From Gonapodya sp. JEL0774 (lineage: Eukaryota), in NCBI GenBank assembly GCA_027604505.1, contig JADIIX010000052.1:62001-126000 (forward strand): a stretch of 64,000 nt of DNA. Reading direction: 5' to 3'. Position numbers and translations under genes: made by a program. Below, piece by piece: positions 25,302 through 37,005 of this stretch. Position 1 is the first letter of the stretch. Each line of letters begins with the position of its first letter. The notes beneath the pieces were generated by a model. It had not been told where the DNA came from and made no database searches. It saw only the letters and a program-made list of their open reading frames with translations.

Positions 25302-28300
25302 ATGGGGTCCCTTTCTGAATCGTCTCCGGAACTGGAAGTCTCAAAGTCAGTGGACGTGTCAGGATTGAAAATCAATAACATAAACAGAGGAGATGGATTG
25401 ATGATCGGAAGAGATGGTACCGTTTTGCAGGTGGGTCTCTGCCACCGCAGTCCAACAGGTCGTCACTTACGTCTTATTCTCCTTCTCACAATGTTTCTTT
25501 TTCCTACAGGTGGTATTTGAATCTCAATTGACTCCCTCAGCAGAATCAAATGAAGAGTTGAAACCAGATTTGCCGATCGAATCCACCCATAGTCCGCCAA
25601 GCTCGCCTTCTCGCTCCTCGCAACTGCCCCCACTTCCACCTCACAACCCTCCAACTATCCTCACCAATCACCAACCATCTTCTCAAACCATCATCTCGTA
25701 CTCCCGTGACGACCTCCTCTCCTTCCGCGTCCGTGCTACGACTCCCCGTGCTCTCCAAAGTCTCATTGAGGCCGGCGATCCGCGGCTGCCATCGTCCAGA
25801 CCCGCTAAACGAACCCCATCGGTCGACGCAGGCTCTCAAAACACAACAAGACAAGGCGCCATATCTGTAGCATTGTCCACGGTGGCGCCCAACGGACACG
25901 GACGATTGCCAGTCGGTCCGCTGACACACGCTGTTCCCACCCTAGACGTGAACGATTTCACTTCACAACGTGCATCCTCACGACCACCACTAACTAGTAT
26001 CCGCTTCTCGGATTATGATTACGACAAATCTGATCGCAGCTCCTCGAGCTCCCCACCACCTCCACATAACCGTGCAACAGCTGCGGCACAACAGTGTCAG
26101 AAGGAGATTGTTGAGGCAGTGGCTCGGAACTCGAGAATTAATGGGAACACTGGTATTGGTGTGGAAGAGACAAAACAATCTACACATAGGGAGGGAGGAA
26201 CAAATGTAGGGGGTGCGATAACAGTCACACCCTCTCGCACGGCTTCGTCATCATCCCACTCATCCTCTTTTGCGCCCGTGTCGGCCACTGCAGTGACAAC
26301 TGCGACTCTTCATACCGCGGGATCTGAGTCTACCGAGACTTCTGGGTACACTAACGACTTCGATCAAGACTCGACGCTGAATGTGAACCTGCAACATCTG
26401 GGTTTTGTGGGGGAGTCCGTCCTGTTAACTGCGCGGGCGCCGGCGGTGACAGGACCAGGACCGACTCCAACTGGACAAGCGGTCCGTGCAGATTCCCAGT
26501 TTATCTCCAACTCACTTGTCACTCAGCCCGGGACCACATCTCTCCCGATCACTACTGGGAATGTACCGACTTCCTCTTCCACTCTCATTTCTCGATCTCA
26601 CACGACCACCACCCAACCGGATCCCCTCTCAGCTTCCCAAGCTGGTTCAGCCAAACCCACGCCGAAGCCCACGCCGACGCCCACAACTATAGCCTCACCA
26701 CCTGTTCACCCTACGCCAACGTTTACCGCGAGCGAAGCCAAACCCGCTACCGGCGCTGTTTCAATAATGGGACTGGGACAAGGACAGGACCCAACTGGAG
26801 GGTCAGTGGTGAACACTGTGGTGGCAGGGAAGCAAATGGCTCTGCAGGAGAGATTCGCGAAGGTGAAGCGCGATCATCACCCGCCCTTGTTTATTTACAA
26901 GCGTTTATAATGTAACCCACTTGCACTCAACATTCAACCTTCAGATGGCACTGGCGAGACTCGGTATGGTTGCCCCACCACAGCAAAGTTCGAATCGTTC
27001 AGGGTCGAATGCGACGTCTACAGCTGCAGCCACCAATCTCACCCCAGTTATAGCTGTGCAGATGCTGCCCCGGTCTGGGGATGAACCACCCCTCTTCCCA
27101 CCTTCGCGGATGTCTAACGATGAAACGCCCTCCATGACCACCCAATCAGGTGCTGGCCCCACTGGCTCTCCACCTACACTACTCAATCCTCGGGCGAATG
27201 ACTTTGTACCAGCACCGTTTCAGCCGGAACCCTATCCTTTTATCACGAGCACGAACAGCTCGCAACTGTCTTTAACAGCACCACACCAGCATCTGGAACT
27301 CCATAAGGAACCTCCCGCGGCGCCGCGTGTGGCTGCTACCTCTTCTTCGAACATAACCGGCTCCGACCCATCTTCAACTTTCCGTCCCTCAAATCGTACA
27401 CCAAAACCTCCGCGTGCCCCTCGTGCGCCTTCTCCACATATCACCCCCCGTCCTCAAACTCCAATCACGGTGTCATCGTCTGACAGTGATGGTGATGATC
27501 CCAAGGTCGTGGAGATAGTCAGAGGTGTGGACGGTGCAGTCGGATGCGTCGCCGGTAGGAGGGACGTGGGCGCCAGAATCGATCTTACAAAGGACGAGTT
27601 GAGCGTGGAGACTGCGGAGAAGACAACTACGGCACACCAGATTGGTTTAAGTGCTGCAAAAGGATGTAGTGGACATGTTGCACAGGTGGAGATTAGAATT
27701 GTTGGCGCCGCTAAACGAGGTACTCCCGCGGAAGAGTTTGGAATTGTTGGTGCCGCCAACCGCGGCCTCCTCGGAGGTCGTGATTCGCCGGTGGTGTCAT
27801 CCAGTCGGCAGAGACCTTTGGTTGACTATGGAGACGTGGAGTATACCGTTGACACCTTGGATGGGTGGGAGGTGCGTCAAGGAGGGAACCCTGTGTCCGT
27901 ACAAGCCTCGAGGGAGTCACCAGCAGGAGATGTGGATCAGTTTGATCGACACAGGTATCGTGGGCCGCGCGACCGAGGATCAAATATGGAGGGACAGCTG
28001 CCTAGGTCGAGCATCGGCACTCTGATTCCGACTCAAGATAATTCTAGTGGCAGTGGCTTGAACGCTGCGGTGGAGGTAGGGTTGGGGCCCAGTGGGAGAT
28101 CTCAATTCGAGCAGTCGTCGGGTACTGAGAGCAGTGGGTTAAGGCGACAACACTCAAAATCAGATTGGAGATTTCAGACAGAGATATTCGAACAGGATGC
28201 AACCAGAGTGGTATCGTGGAGTAATGTTGGCGGTTATGATCGGGAGTCGACTGGGGAAGGAAGAGAAGATCGCGACAGAGGACACGAGATGGAAATGCGA

Positions 28301-30260
28301 ACCCCAACTCACCGGTTCGTAGTTCCTGCATTAATACCACTGCGTTTCGTTGATATTTTGCTATGTCGTCTCCTTACTCAACACGTGCTCTCAAACTCAC
28401 CAACGCACCGTTCTCCCCGCGACTCATAGAGTGACTCAACAGTTTAGGGAGGACACGCAATCAATCACTGCAACAGTCATGAAGGTGAGGTTTTTGATCT
28501 TCACAGGGTGAAATTTCGTAATAAGATGGCGCTGTCGAATAGATGGCCATTGAACGAAATAGACAATCTGGACGTTCTTCGCAAAACACTACCTTCGTGG
28601 CAAGCCCACCTGTTCTGCCATTCCAACCACCGCAAAGCGAGGAGATGCGGATCTCCCCTTTAAAGCCGGAGATCAAAGGTAAAGTGACTCAGGGTCTCCT
28701 CGATCGTTCAATGGGGGACTCCCATTTCTACAATGACAAAGGGTTACCACCACGCCTTCCTTTACCACCACCTTTACCAAATGTCAACGTACTCAGTGAA
28801 GGGGAACCAGTCGGGGATACGAGGACAACGCCTCAATCACCTGAGCGCGTTGCATATCGCGATCAAGGGGATCGCCGTTGGAAGAACATGGGTGACGGTA
28901 TCGAGGTTGAGATAGAGGGAGCCGAGGAGCCTGCAATAACTGGAAGCACGATTCCGGGCAAAAAAGTGCCACAGTTGATGAGTTTTGGACCCGCCCCAGA
29001 CGAGGAATATGCCGCGTTTGGGTTCACCAGAGTGAACACGCACGGGAGTGTCGCTCAGGGACAGAATCACGTTGACTACATACATTTTGACGACTTTGAT
29101 ATCCAGGAGGAACTGGTACCTTCCCGTTTAAAATCTTCGAGATCAGTCGCTGAAGAGCATCAAAGATGGAAGCAGTGGGAAGAACCACAGAGTGAAGGAG
29201 GTAGAGAAACGAATGGACTGTATCGGAGAGATCAGATATCGCTTGATCATTGCGCCCAACCGGTTAGAATGGAGCCGTACCCTGCAGGGTCCCGAGATTA
29301 TTATGTGACTTCATCTTCTGATAGACCGGGACGATCAATAAGCTACGTGAGCGATCAGAGACTTGAGACAGTTGAGCACCAGAATGGATTTGGATTTGAC
29401 AGAAGTCATCGAGATGAGGAGAATTTCGCAGAATTTGAAACTCGAACATTCATTGAACAACATCCGATCGAACGACCCGGTTCCACGTCGGACTTTTACA
29501 CGATAGAGATTGACACAGAGGCCACTCAGGGGTCGTCGTGGAGAGAGGAGTCTCTACTAAGGTCCCAGGAGTATCTCATTCCAGAATCTTCGCCCAGCAG
29601 GCTAAGCGCACCAGCGAGTAGTGCACAGCACGAAGTCCGCGGACTCTCCATCGGTTCCTCACCGAGCACGCGGAATTTGCAATCGTCGCAGACCGAGCGG
29701 CACTCGTTTCAAAGAACCGAAACTGGCGCTGCAACGGCTTTCACACACGCGGAAGCCTTGGAGAGGGCAGCACCCCCCTCAATTGAGCCAGCGGCACCGC
29801 CCGCAAGTGGCCTTAGCAGATGGAATATGGATAGAAATGTAAACGCTGAGGAGCACCCAGTACTTGCGCAAGAAGTGAGTACTTATCATTTTCGTACGGA
29901 TGTCTCATGGACAGTTCAGAACAGTATCGCAATTGCGGTTTTAGAGAAATGCCCTACTCAATCATCCAAACGCTGGAAGGAGATTTGCCACGGGCACGAA
30001 CTACAATCCTGCTAATCTCTCTGGTTCAGGCCCAGTGCGAAGTGAACACCGAGAAGGCAATCCTGGCAGGGGGGGCTCACACGGAGGATCTCCTTACACT
30101 ATTGCAAGGGGAAGAGGTGGTGGCTCATCCCGTGGTCGTGGTCGTGGAAGTAGTGAGGGTACAATGCAGAGGCGGGCAGCTTATCGAGGCGGAAAGAGTC
30201 AGGACGCGCGTAAAGAATGAAGTCATAGCGTGGACAATCGAGATATCAAAGTCACGGTAA
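25302..30260 (+). CDS. Large intrinsically disordered protein with YxxxxLL eIF4E-binding motif, PAM2-like motif and C-terminal RG/RGG segment
   Basis: Consecutive long + strand ORFs (25414-26910, 26921-28429, 28543-30015, 30035-30220) separated by intron-like gaps. Motifs YSRDDLL (25699-25719), LNPRANDFVP (27182-27211) and RGRGGGSSRGRGRG (~30105-30150). Confidence 0.65.
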
Positions 30261-30464
30261 CGATGTGAACAGGGACTATATACTAAATTTGATACATAAT
30301 TCGGAAGGGTTCCTGGAATAACAACCTGTCCAAATAAACTAGCGCCGCGTACTAGTCTTGCGTCATCAAAACTTGGAGTCACAACCCCGATACTCCAGAT
30401 CGATCACTCCACAACACCCAATACAATTGCAACAACTCCTATGATTCTTGCATTCACATGAACA

Positions 30465-33400
30465 TCACACAAAATCGTCTTCATACTCCACGTCCGAGAA
30501 CTCTTCATCCTCAAGTGCTCCTACTGTTGATTGATGCTTCATTGGAGAGGGTAATGCTAGCAGCAAAGACTTGGTGTTTGATTCACCGTCAGAAGTTCTT
30601 GAATTAACTTCCGTCTCCGACAGTAACACATTTTCCTCTTCCGCGGGTAGTCCTGTGTTGGCACCTTCATCGAACAACAGTGCAGCAGAATGGTGCTCCT
30701 TCGACGTGTTCAAGGTGACGAGGTTAGAGTTGAGGGTTTTGAGAAGTTGCGGTGGCTCGAGCTCAGCCTGAGATTTGTGGAGAGATTTGAAAACAGAAAA
30801 CTTGACGACGAATATCACCAAATCAGACATGCATTCTTCACAACCAAAAGAAACCCCCCAATCATGATTAGACTCACCTCAGCAACCAAGCCCTCCAAAA
30901 TACCTCGTAGGTTCTCCGTTTCCACCCTTTCCCTGTTTAGTTCATCCCTGATGTTCTCAACCTCGTTCTTCGATGCTGCCAACGCTTTAGCCATCGCCTC
31001 CCTTTCATATTCGAAGACAGCGTCCTTCTCCTTCATTTCTTGACGCCATTCTGCTTCAACAGCGGCTACCGATCCTTCTAAGACTGCTCGCAACTGCATC
31101 CGCTCCCGGCGCCAGGTTTCTTCTCGGGCTTCGAATTGCGTAGCAAGCTCTGCAGCAACATCGTGTGCTGTAGCGTCCACTTGCTTGCGGAGATTATCTA
31201 ATTCGGCCCTCCAGGCTTTGTGCTCCTCTGCTATTGTTGCCGCCCAATGCTTCTCGGCGGTTTCCAGTGCAGCCGCAACCATGCCCCCAACCTCTCCGTC
31301 CCAGCTCCTCCTCGCCTCACCAACGGCTCTCCTAACAGCTTCTTCCACCAAGCCCTCGTCCACACCACCACCAACCGCTCGCCTCGCACTCGCTTCAACC
31401 TCTGCCCAAACTCTCGCGGCGGCCCTCTCGGCCGCCTCTCCCCTCACTCTCTTCTCCAGCCCCGCCACAGCTGCATCAATCCGTGACTCCAGCTGAGGTA
31501 AAACCGCACTGAGCTCCTGCCGGACAAGAACGGCGGTACTAGACGCGTCAGGATCCAGTTGCGCTGTGGTCGGGTTCAGAGGGTCCCGCGCATGTCCGCC
31601 GAGGCCCTCAAGATCCCAGTCGCCGGGGCTGGGAGCACGCGGAGAACGCGATGCATTTTCAGGGACAGCGAGGTGAGTCGAAGCGGATAAGGGGACTTCT
31701 TCAAGTATTGGGTCGATATCTCCCGCGTTAGCTGTTGGTACCAGAAGTCGGTCGACGGAAGCCTGTACACCAAAAGACTTCTCGGCGATGGAGGCCAGTG
31801 TCGGTGTCACGATGTTCGATTCGTCGGATGCATCAATCGGGATAGCGAAGGGTTTCGCCGAAGGAAGTGGCGTGGGGAGAATGCCGTCAATGGTATCAAA
31901 GTAATCCCTAAGATACCGTCTGACAAGGTATCCTCGAGCAGCCGCCTGGATGCGAATGGCAGGGGGTACTAACGGATCCTCTGTCCCGCGAGGGTCGATT
32001 GTTCAGGGCAACCAAGATTCAAAATGAGTGTCCTGACAATGGAGGTTCGTCGCATCCAAAGCGCACGGACAGCTCACCTAAATCGAGGTCGAAAATCTCT
32101 CCGAAAAGTCCCACTTTATCGCAATTCTCTCTGAGTTGCCGCCTTGCTTCCTCCTCCAGACCCCCTGTAGTAGAATCTGTCTCAATAGCTCCATTGACAT
32201 CCTCAGCTTCAGGGTGTACATTCTCCAATTCCTCCTTAGGTTCTTCATCGGCACCAGTTTTACCTTCACCTGCAAGAATTTCTCCACCAGAACGAGCACC
32301 TTCCTCGGCAGCCTCTGGGGCACCTTCCGGCGCCTCAATCTTCATCTCCATCTCCACTTGTGGTTCCGGCGGACCCTTACGATCTTTTATTGGCTGCTCT
32401 GGCAAAAGACCTCCTTCGAAGCCGAATACTCCGGTACCAACAGTTGGCGCGGGGGCCATCTCTTTTGTTACCACTCCCGCATCCCAACCCGGTCCAAACA
32501 CCGATCCTCCAGTCAATCTGGAAGCGGGATTACCAGATTTTACACTAGCCATTCCCACAAACGCTGCGGGATCCCACTTCACTACATCCACTTGCACTGG
32601 GGCGAGGGGAGGGGGAGCGGGAGCAGATGGAGTTGGAGCTGGGTCTGCGGTGATTGGTGCCATGGCGGTGCCGGAACTGCCAACACTGGCGCTCGCCCGA
32701 TAGGAACCCGACCCGGTCGAAACTGATCCCGAGAAGAACTGGGACGTCGACGTCTTGCTCGAACCCCCACCCGATCCCACGGATACTGAAGCCGTTCTCC
32801 GCCACGTATCACCCGTTGGTGAAGCTGGTGGGGGTGGCCGCGAAGCACCTGGCGTAACAGGCAGCGGAGATGGTGGCCATGTCGGAGCGCGGGGTGTTGC
32901 GGGTACGAACGTCAACGGTGACACTGCTGGAGGAGGAGATACGGGGGACTTGGTCACCGCACCCGCTGCAACCCCTTTTCCTGATGTCGATGCAGGCTTC
33001 GGAGTGGAATTTAGCTTTTGTTTAGCAGGGTGGCGGGCCACAGGCGCGGGCTTGGGAGTCGTCGCGGGCGAAGGAGATCCTGGTGGAGGCGATTTGAGAG
33101 CAACTACCGAAGATCCCCGTGAAAGAGAAGATTCACGAGATACGGTGCGAGATTTGTCCCGGTCACGCTCACGTTCGGGAGTATAACGTCCGGCATCGTA
33201 GGTGGGCGTCCCCTGTGCGTTTGCCGAAGCTACCGTGATCCCCGTTGCGGTTGTAGGAGACATTGGACCAGGCGACAGTTGCGTAACTCCGTCGATATTC
33301 TGCGGCCCGAGTGAAGGTTGTGCCGCCCACCCCATCGCTGAAGCGGCAGTCACTGCCGCTACTGATGCAGCAGCAGCGGCGGCCGCAGCAGCAGCAGCTG

Positions 33401-35182
33401 CCGAAAAACCGAACCCAAATCCACCGCGAACTATGGGAGTAGGTGCTGGGAATGGGGACAGAGGAGAGGTGGGGGGAGTGGGCCCGGTCCTTGGGGTAGG
33501 AGTTGTAGAGGGAGGACTCGATGGGGATCGAGTGTGTCCCATGAGATCTTGGGGATTGACGAACGGGGATGCCAAAGACGACGCGGATGCGGTAGTTGAG
33601 ACGGAAATGGAGGATCCCGAAGCTGAGTTAGAGAGGGTCCCGGGCAAGGTGACCCGGCCGTGCCACGAGCCCGCTCGAGAAGGTGTGGACGTGCCCGTGC
33701 TCGAGGGAGTGGTTGTGCGGGATGGATTAGAAGCGGTAGCTCCGCCAACGGTCGATCCGTGGCTCGGAGTTGATCGGGTGGTCGAGGAAGTGCCAGCCGG
33801 GCGGCGGGACTCCGAAGTGTTGGCTGCGTTGTTCGGTAGTGATCCCTGAGATCGTTGAAGCTGAAGTTGACGGAAGAATGTAGACGTGGACGTGGCGGAT
33901 TGAGCTGTGGAAGAAGACGAGACGGTTGACGCCGTTCCGGTCACCCCTGTCGTGAGGTTGAACATGTTTACCCCCGAGTTCGACCCAGTTGGGGACGGCG
34001 TAGAGGTTGACCGGGCAGGAGAATGCGTACGTATGGGCGTGGGCGCGGGTGAAGGAGCGGGAGAAGTTCGAGGTGTTGGCCATGCGCGGCGGTTATGTTT
34101 GGATGGGCTGGCGGAATGGCCCGATCCAGATCCACCACCCATCGAAGTGTTCGACGTGCCCCGTGTCAGGGAGGTTTTCGTACTCGCATTCCCACCGATT
34201 GACGAGGGAGGTTGTGGAAGGGGTTTGGAGAGAGCGGCACCCATCGAGGAGGAAGGAGGAGAGCCCGCACTGCGATCATCAAGTACGCGAGGGCGGCTCC
34301 GGAATATGGCGTCGTAGTCGGATTCGTCCTTGATGAGGATTGAGGGATTTAAGAGACGATCGAGGTGATGGATTGAAAATTGGTGTAGAACGAGACACAA
34401 AGACATCAACGCCAGACAGAGTCCATCGCCTCACAGACTACAGTCAACTTAGAGATAGGAGGACACTTCATACAAATCTGCCTGCAAAACCACTCTCTTG
34501 AAGTCATGTGGCGTTGTCTCTCGGTCTCTCTTGGTGTTATAATTTCCAACCCATCTCTTCCCCCATAACTACAAGAAGTACATACTCCTGATTCCACCGG
34601 CCACCAGTCAGAACAACTCACCACACTAACGACCGATGATGTCTCGCTATACGTCGTCACATCCGTGTCCCCCGCATCACTCCCTGGTCCTGGGCCCGCG
34701 GCAAGTGAGTCAATCGACGACTCCGACACTGACTGCGACAGACGGTGCTTGGTGGGAGTCCTCCACGTACTACTCTGTTGCGGATTGGTGGACGCAGATC
34801 CTGCCCGGGGTCTGCGCATCGATTGGGCGCGTGCGAGGTTCTGAGAAGCGTGCGACAATGTTCCACCACCATCGCTTCCTGCCACGCCGCTGCCGCTTCC
34901 TGAGGCCAATAACGGCGCAACAGAGCTCGATGGATTATGGTTGCTTGCAGGGTGGTTTGAATTGTTGTACGGGTGAAATCCACCGCGACCCCCACCAGCA
35001 TTGCTAGGAATGCCCGTTTCCCGCTGAGCGACCCCTCTCCGCCGCTCACTCGTCGATGGATTCCTCACCAGTCCTGTATTGCCCGCCTCTTTCGCCAGCC
35101 CGGATCCTGCGGTAGCAGCACCCCCACCGCTAAACCCAAACTGCCCAACGAGCGAATTCGGTCCCGGCCCAGCCGAGGCCAT
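30465..35182 (-). CDS. Large Ser/Pro/Thr-rich protein with an IQ calmodulin-binding motif and C-terminal coiled coil, multi-exon
   Basis: Long - strand ORFs 34406-35182, 32019-34409, 30815-31810 and 30465-30830. AIRIQAAARGYLVRRYL read at ~31910-31960; heptad-rich E/A/R segment at 30880-31500. Confidence 0.65.
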
Positions 35183-35917
35183 TGTCCGTCTATCGAATCG
35201 TCCTGGGCGCCGTCTTCACGAACAAGGCACTACGGGTATGTTTTTCCGAGTTACAGGGTCGATTCGCTCGGCTTGCCGTTCGAGTTATGGATTGTTTGAC
35301 AGCTGGGCTTGGAGGTGCCGTACAAAGTCCATATGTCGGCGGGATATTTTGTGTGAGCCCAGCAGGGCTCCAACTTGCAAGTCGGCAAACCCGTTGAATG
35401 GAGACGGCAGGTTCTTGCTTCAACGGTTCGCTTGCTTCCTCTATCTCCAACGCTCTCAGCGAACAGGACCGTGAACACGCAAGACCGAGGATATCCGGGA
35501 GGAGGTTTTCTCACGACGGCGTCCACATATAGCCACCCTAGAAACGTCTCCAGATACTCAAATTTTTCAGACGGATGACGACAAAATGCTCTCCTCTGTC
35601 TTGTGATATTAAAATACTCCTAATTCACATAGAATAACTTGTTGTTTGAAAGCTTCTGCTTCTCCTCGTTGGTTCTGTGCCTTACTTGGAAGTCTGGGCG
35701 CTCGCGTTATTGGTGCTCCGCTGCCCTTGCTGACACCCTGCAAATGGCCCTAACTCTCCATCTGGGCTGGCTTGGAAAGTGTGCCTGCTGCCAACTGGCC
35801 CAGTGCCCACTGACCACTCAGAAAATGGCTGGGCAGCACACACCGGCTACTTGGACAACCACATACATACCTTCAGCCTGCCCAACATCCCCAACATCCA
35901 AAAAGTAAAGGAAACCC

Positions 35918-36105
35918 CTGAAGTCTGACGCAAGGGGTTTCCTTAATCTGACCTAAATACATTGAACTCTGACCTATGTACTGAAGTCTGATGACCCAAA
36001 TACATTGAAGTCCGACCCAGCACCCTGAAATCTGACCTGCGTATACTGAACTCTGACCTACACTCACTGAACTCTGACGCGACACACTGGAGTCTGTCCT
36101 GACAA
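35918..36105 (+). repeat. Left arm: ~9 tandem units of 19-24 bp with core CTGAA(G/C)TCTGAC
   Basis: Units such as ttgaactctgacctatgta, ctgaaatctgacctgcgtata, ctgaactctgacctacactca, ctgaactctgacgcgacaca. Confidence 0.9.
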
Positions 36106-36464
36106 CTCAAAGCCCGATCAACACACCCCAAATGTTATAAGACAATTAATATTTCATAATATCATTTCTCTGAAATCCGTTGCTTATCCCATAGTCTCAT
36201 GAACCTGTTCGCGAACTCCACCCCAAAGTTCGAGTTCAAGCAATTAATATTCGAGTTCGACTGCAAAAGATCGTATCGAAAATTCTAAGTTCGAGATCGG
36301 GTTCGGCTGGTCGAACTTCGAGCGCACTCGAACTTGGAACGTTCGTCATAGCGCGACTGAAAATCCAGCTCAGGTACAACACAGGAAAAATATTTGGGTA
36401 AATTATTATACGATAATACACTATAATAGTGTTTTTAGAATTGAACTCAGTATCAGAATTTGAC

Positions 36465-36741
36465 TCGGTGTATGGAGTTCAGACTTCAGTGTGTGGAGTC
36501 AGAATTCAGTGTATGTAGGTCAGAATTCAGTGTGCGGGGTAATAAGAGTTCAGTGACTGTAGGTCAGACTTCGGTGTGTCGGGTGAGAGTTCAGTGTACG
36601 TAGGTCAGATTTCAGGGTGCTGGGTCGGACTTCAATGTATTTGGGTCAGACTTCCGTGCATAGCTCAGAGTTCAATGTATTTACGTCAGACTTCAGTGGG
36701 TTGGGGTCAGACTTAAGGAAACCCCTTGGGTCAGACTTCAG
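36465..36741 (-). repeat. Right arm: ~13 tandem units of the same repeat in inverted orientation
   Basis: GTCAGA(C/A/T)TTCAG-like core recurs about every 20-21 bp, e.g. tgtatgtaggtcagaattcag and tgtacgtaggtcagatttcag. Confidence 0.9.
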
Positions 36742-37005
36742 TATCTTGCAAAAGTAAATACCCGGTTGTACAGTCCATACTGCGGAACCAGCCTACGTTC
36801 AGGCATTGCAGCAAAATCGGTTTCATCAGCTTTTTCCAAGAAACACCATTTCTGAACGCTTTCGTCGTTTGTACTTATCACCCAAAATTGTACAAATATA
36901 TATATACAGACGGTATCCACGATCCACGACTTAGATTCTTTCAAAAGCGCGGTCAACCTAGAAAACAGAAACATCTCCACCGGGTTCCAATTGAATCGCA
37001 GTACA

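Larger units (their letters stand above)
35910..36749. mobile_element. Non-autonomous foldback / Mutator(MULE)-like DNA transposon, 840 bp
   Basis: Direct repeat AAAAGTAAA at 35901-35909 and 36750-36758. Inverted arms: CTGAAGTCTGAC(G/C)CAAGGGGTTTCCTTAA at 35918-35946 matches the reverse complement of 36713-36741 at 28/29, and a 41-nt block AAATACATTGAAGTCCGACCCAGCACCCTGAAATCTGACCT is shared. No transposase ORF. Confidence 0.8.

Noticed and set aside
31999..34333. Multiple long + strand ORFs (up to 234 aa)
   Set aside because: Antisense shadows of the GC-rich low-complexity - strand gene.
35873..36131. Short ORFs with repeated SEFS/GQSS peptides
   Set aside because: Translation by-products of the tandem repeat arm.
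35918..36741. CRISPR-like appearance (constant core plus variable spacers)
   Set aside because: The core is only ~12 bp, the variable parts are 7-12 bp and related to one another, the arrays are inverted, the context is eukaryotic and there are no cas genes. Foldback TIRs explain it better.
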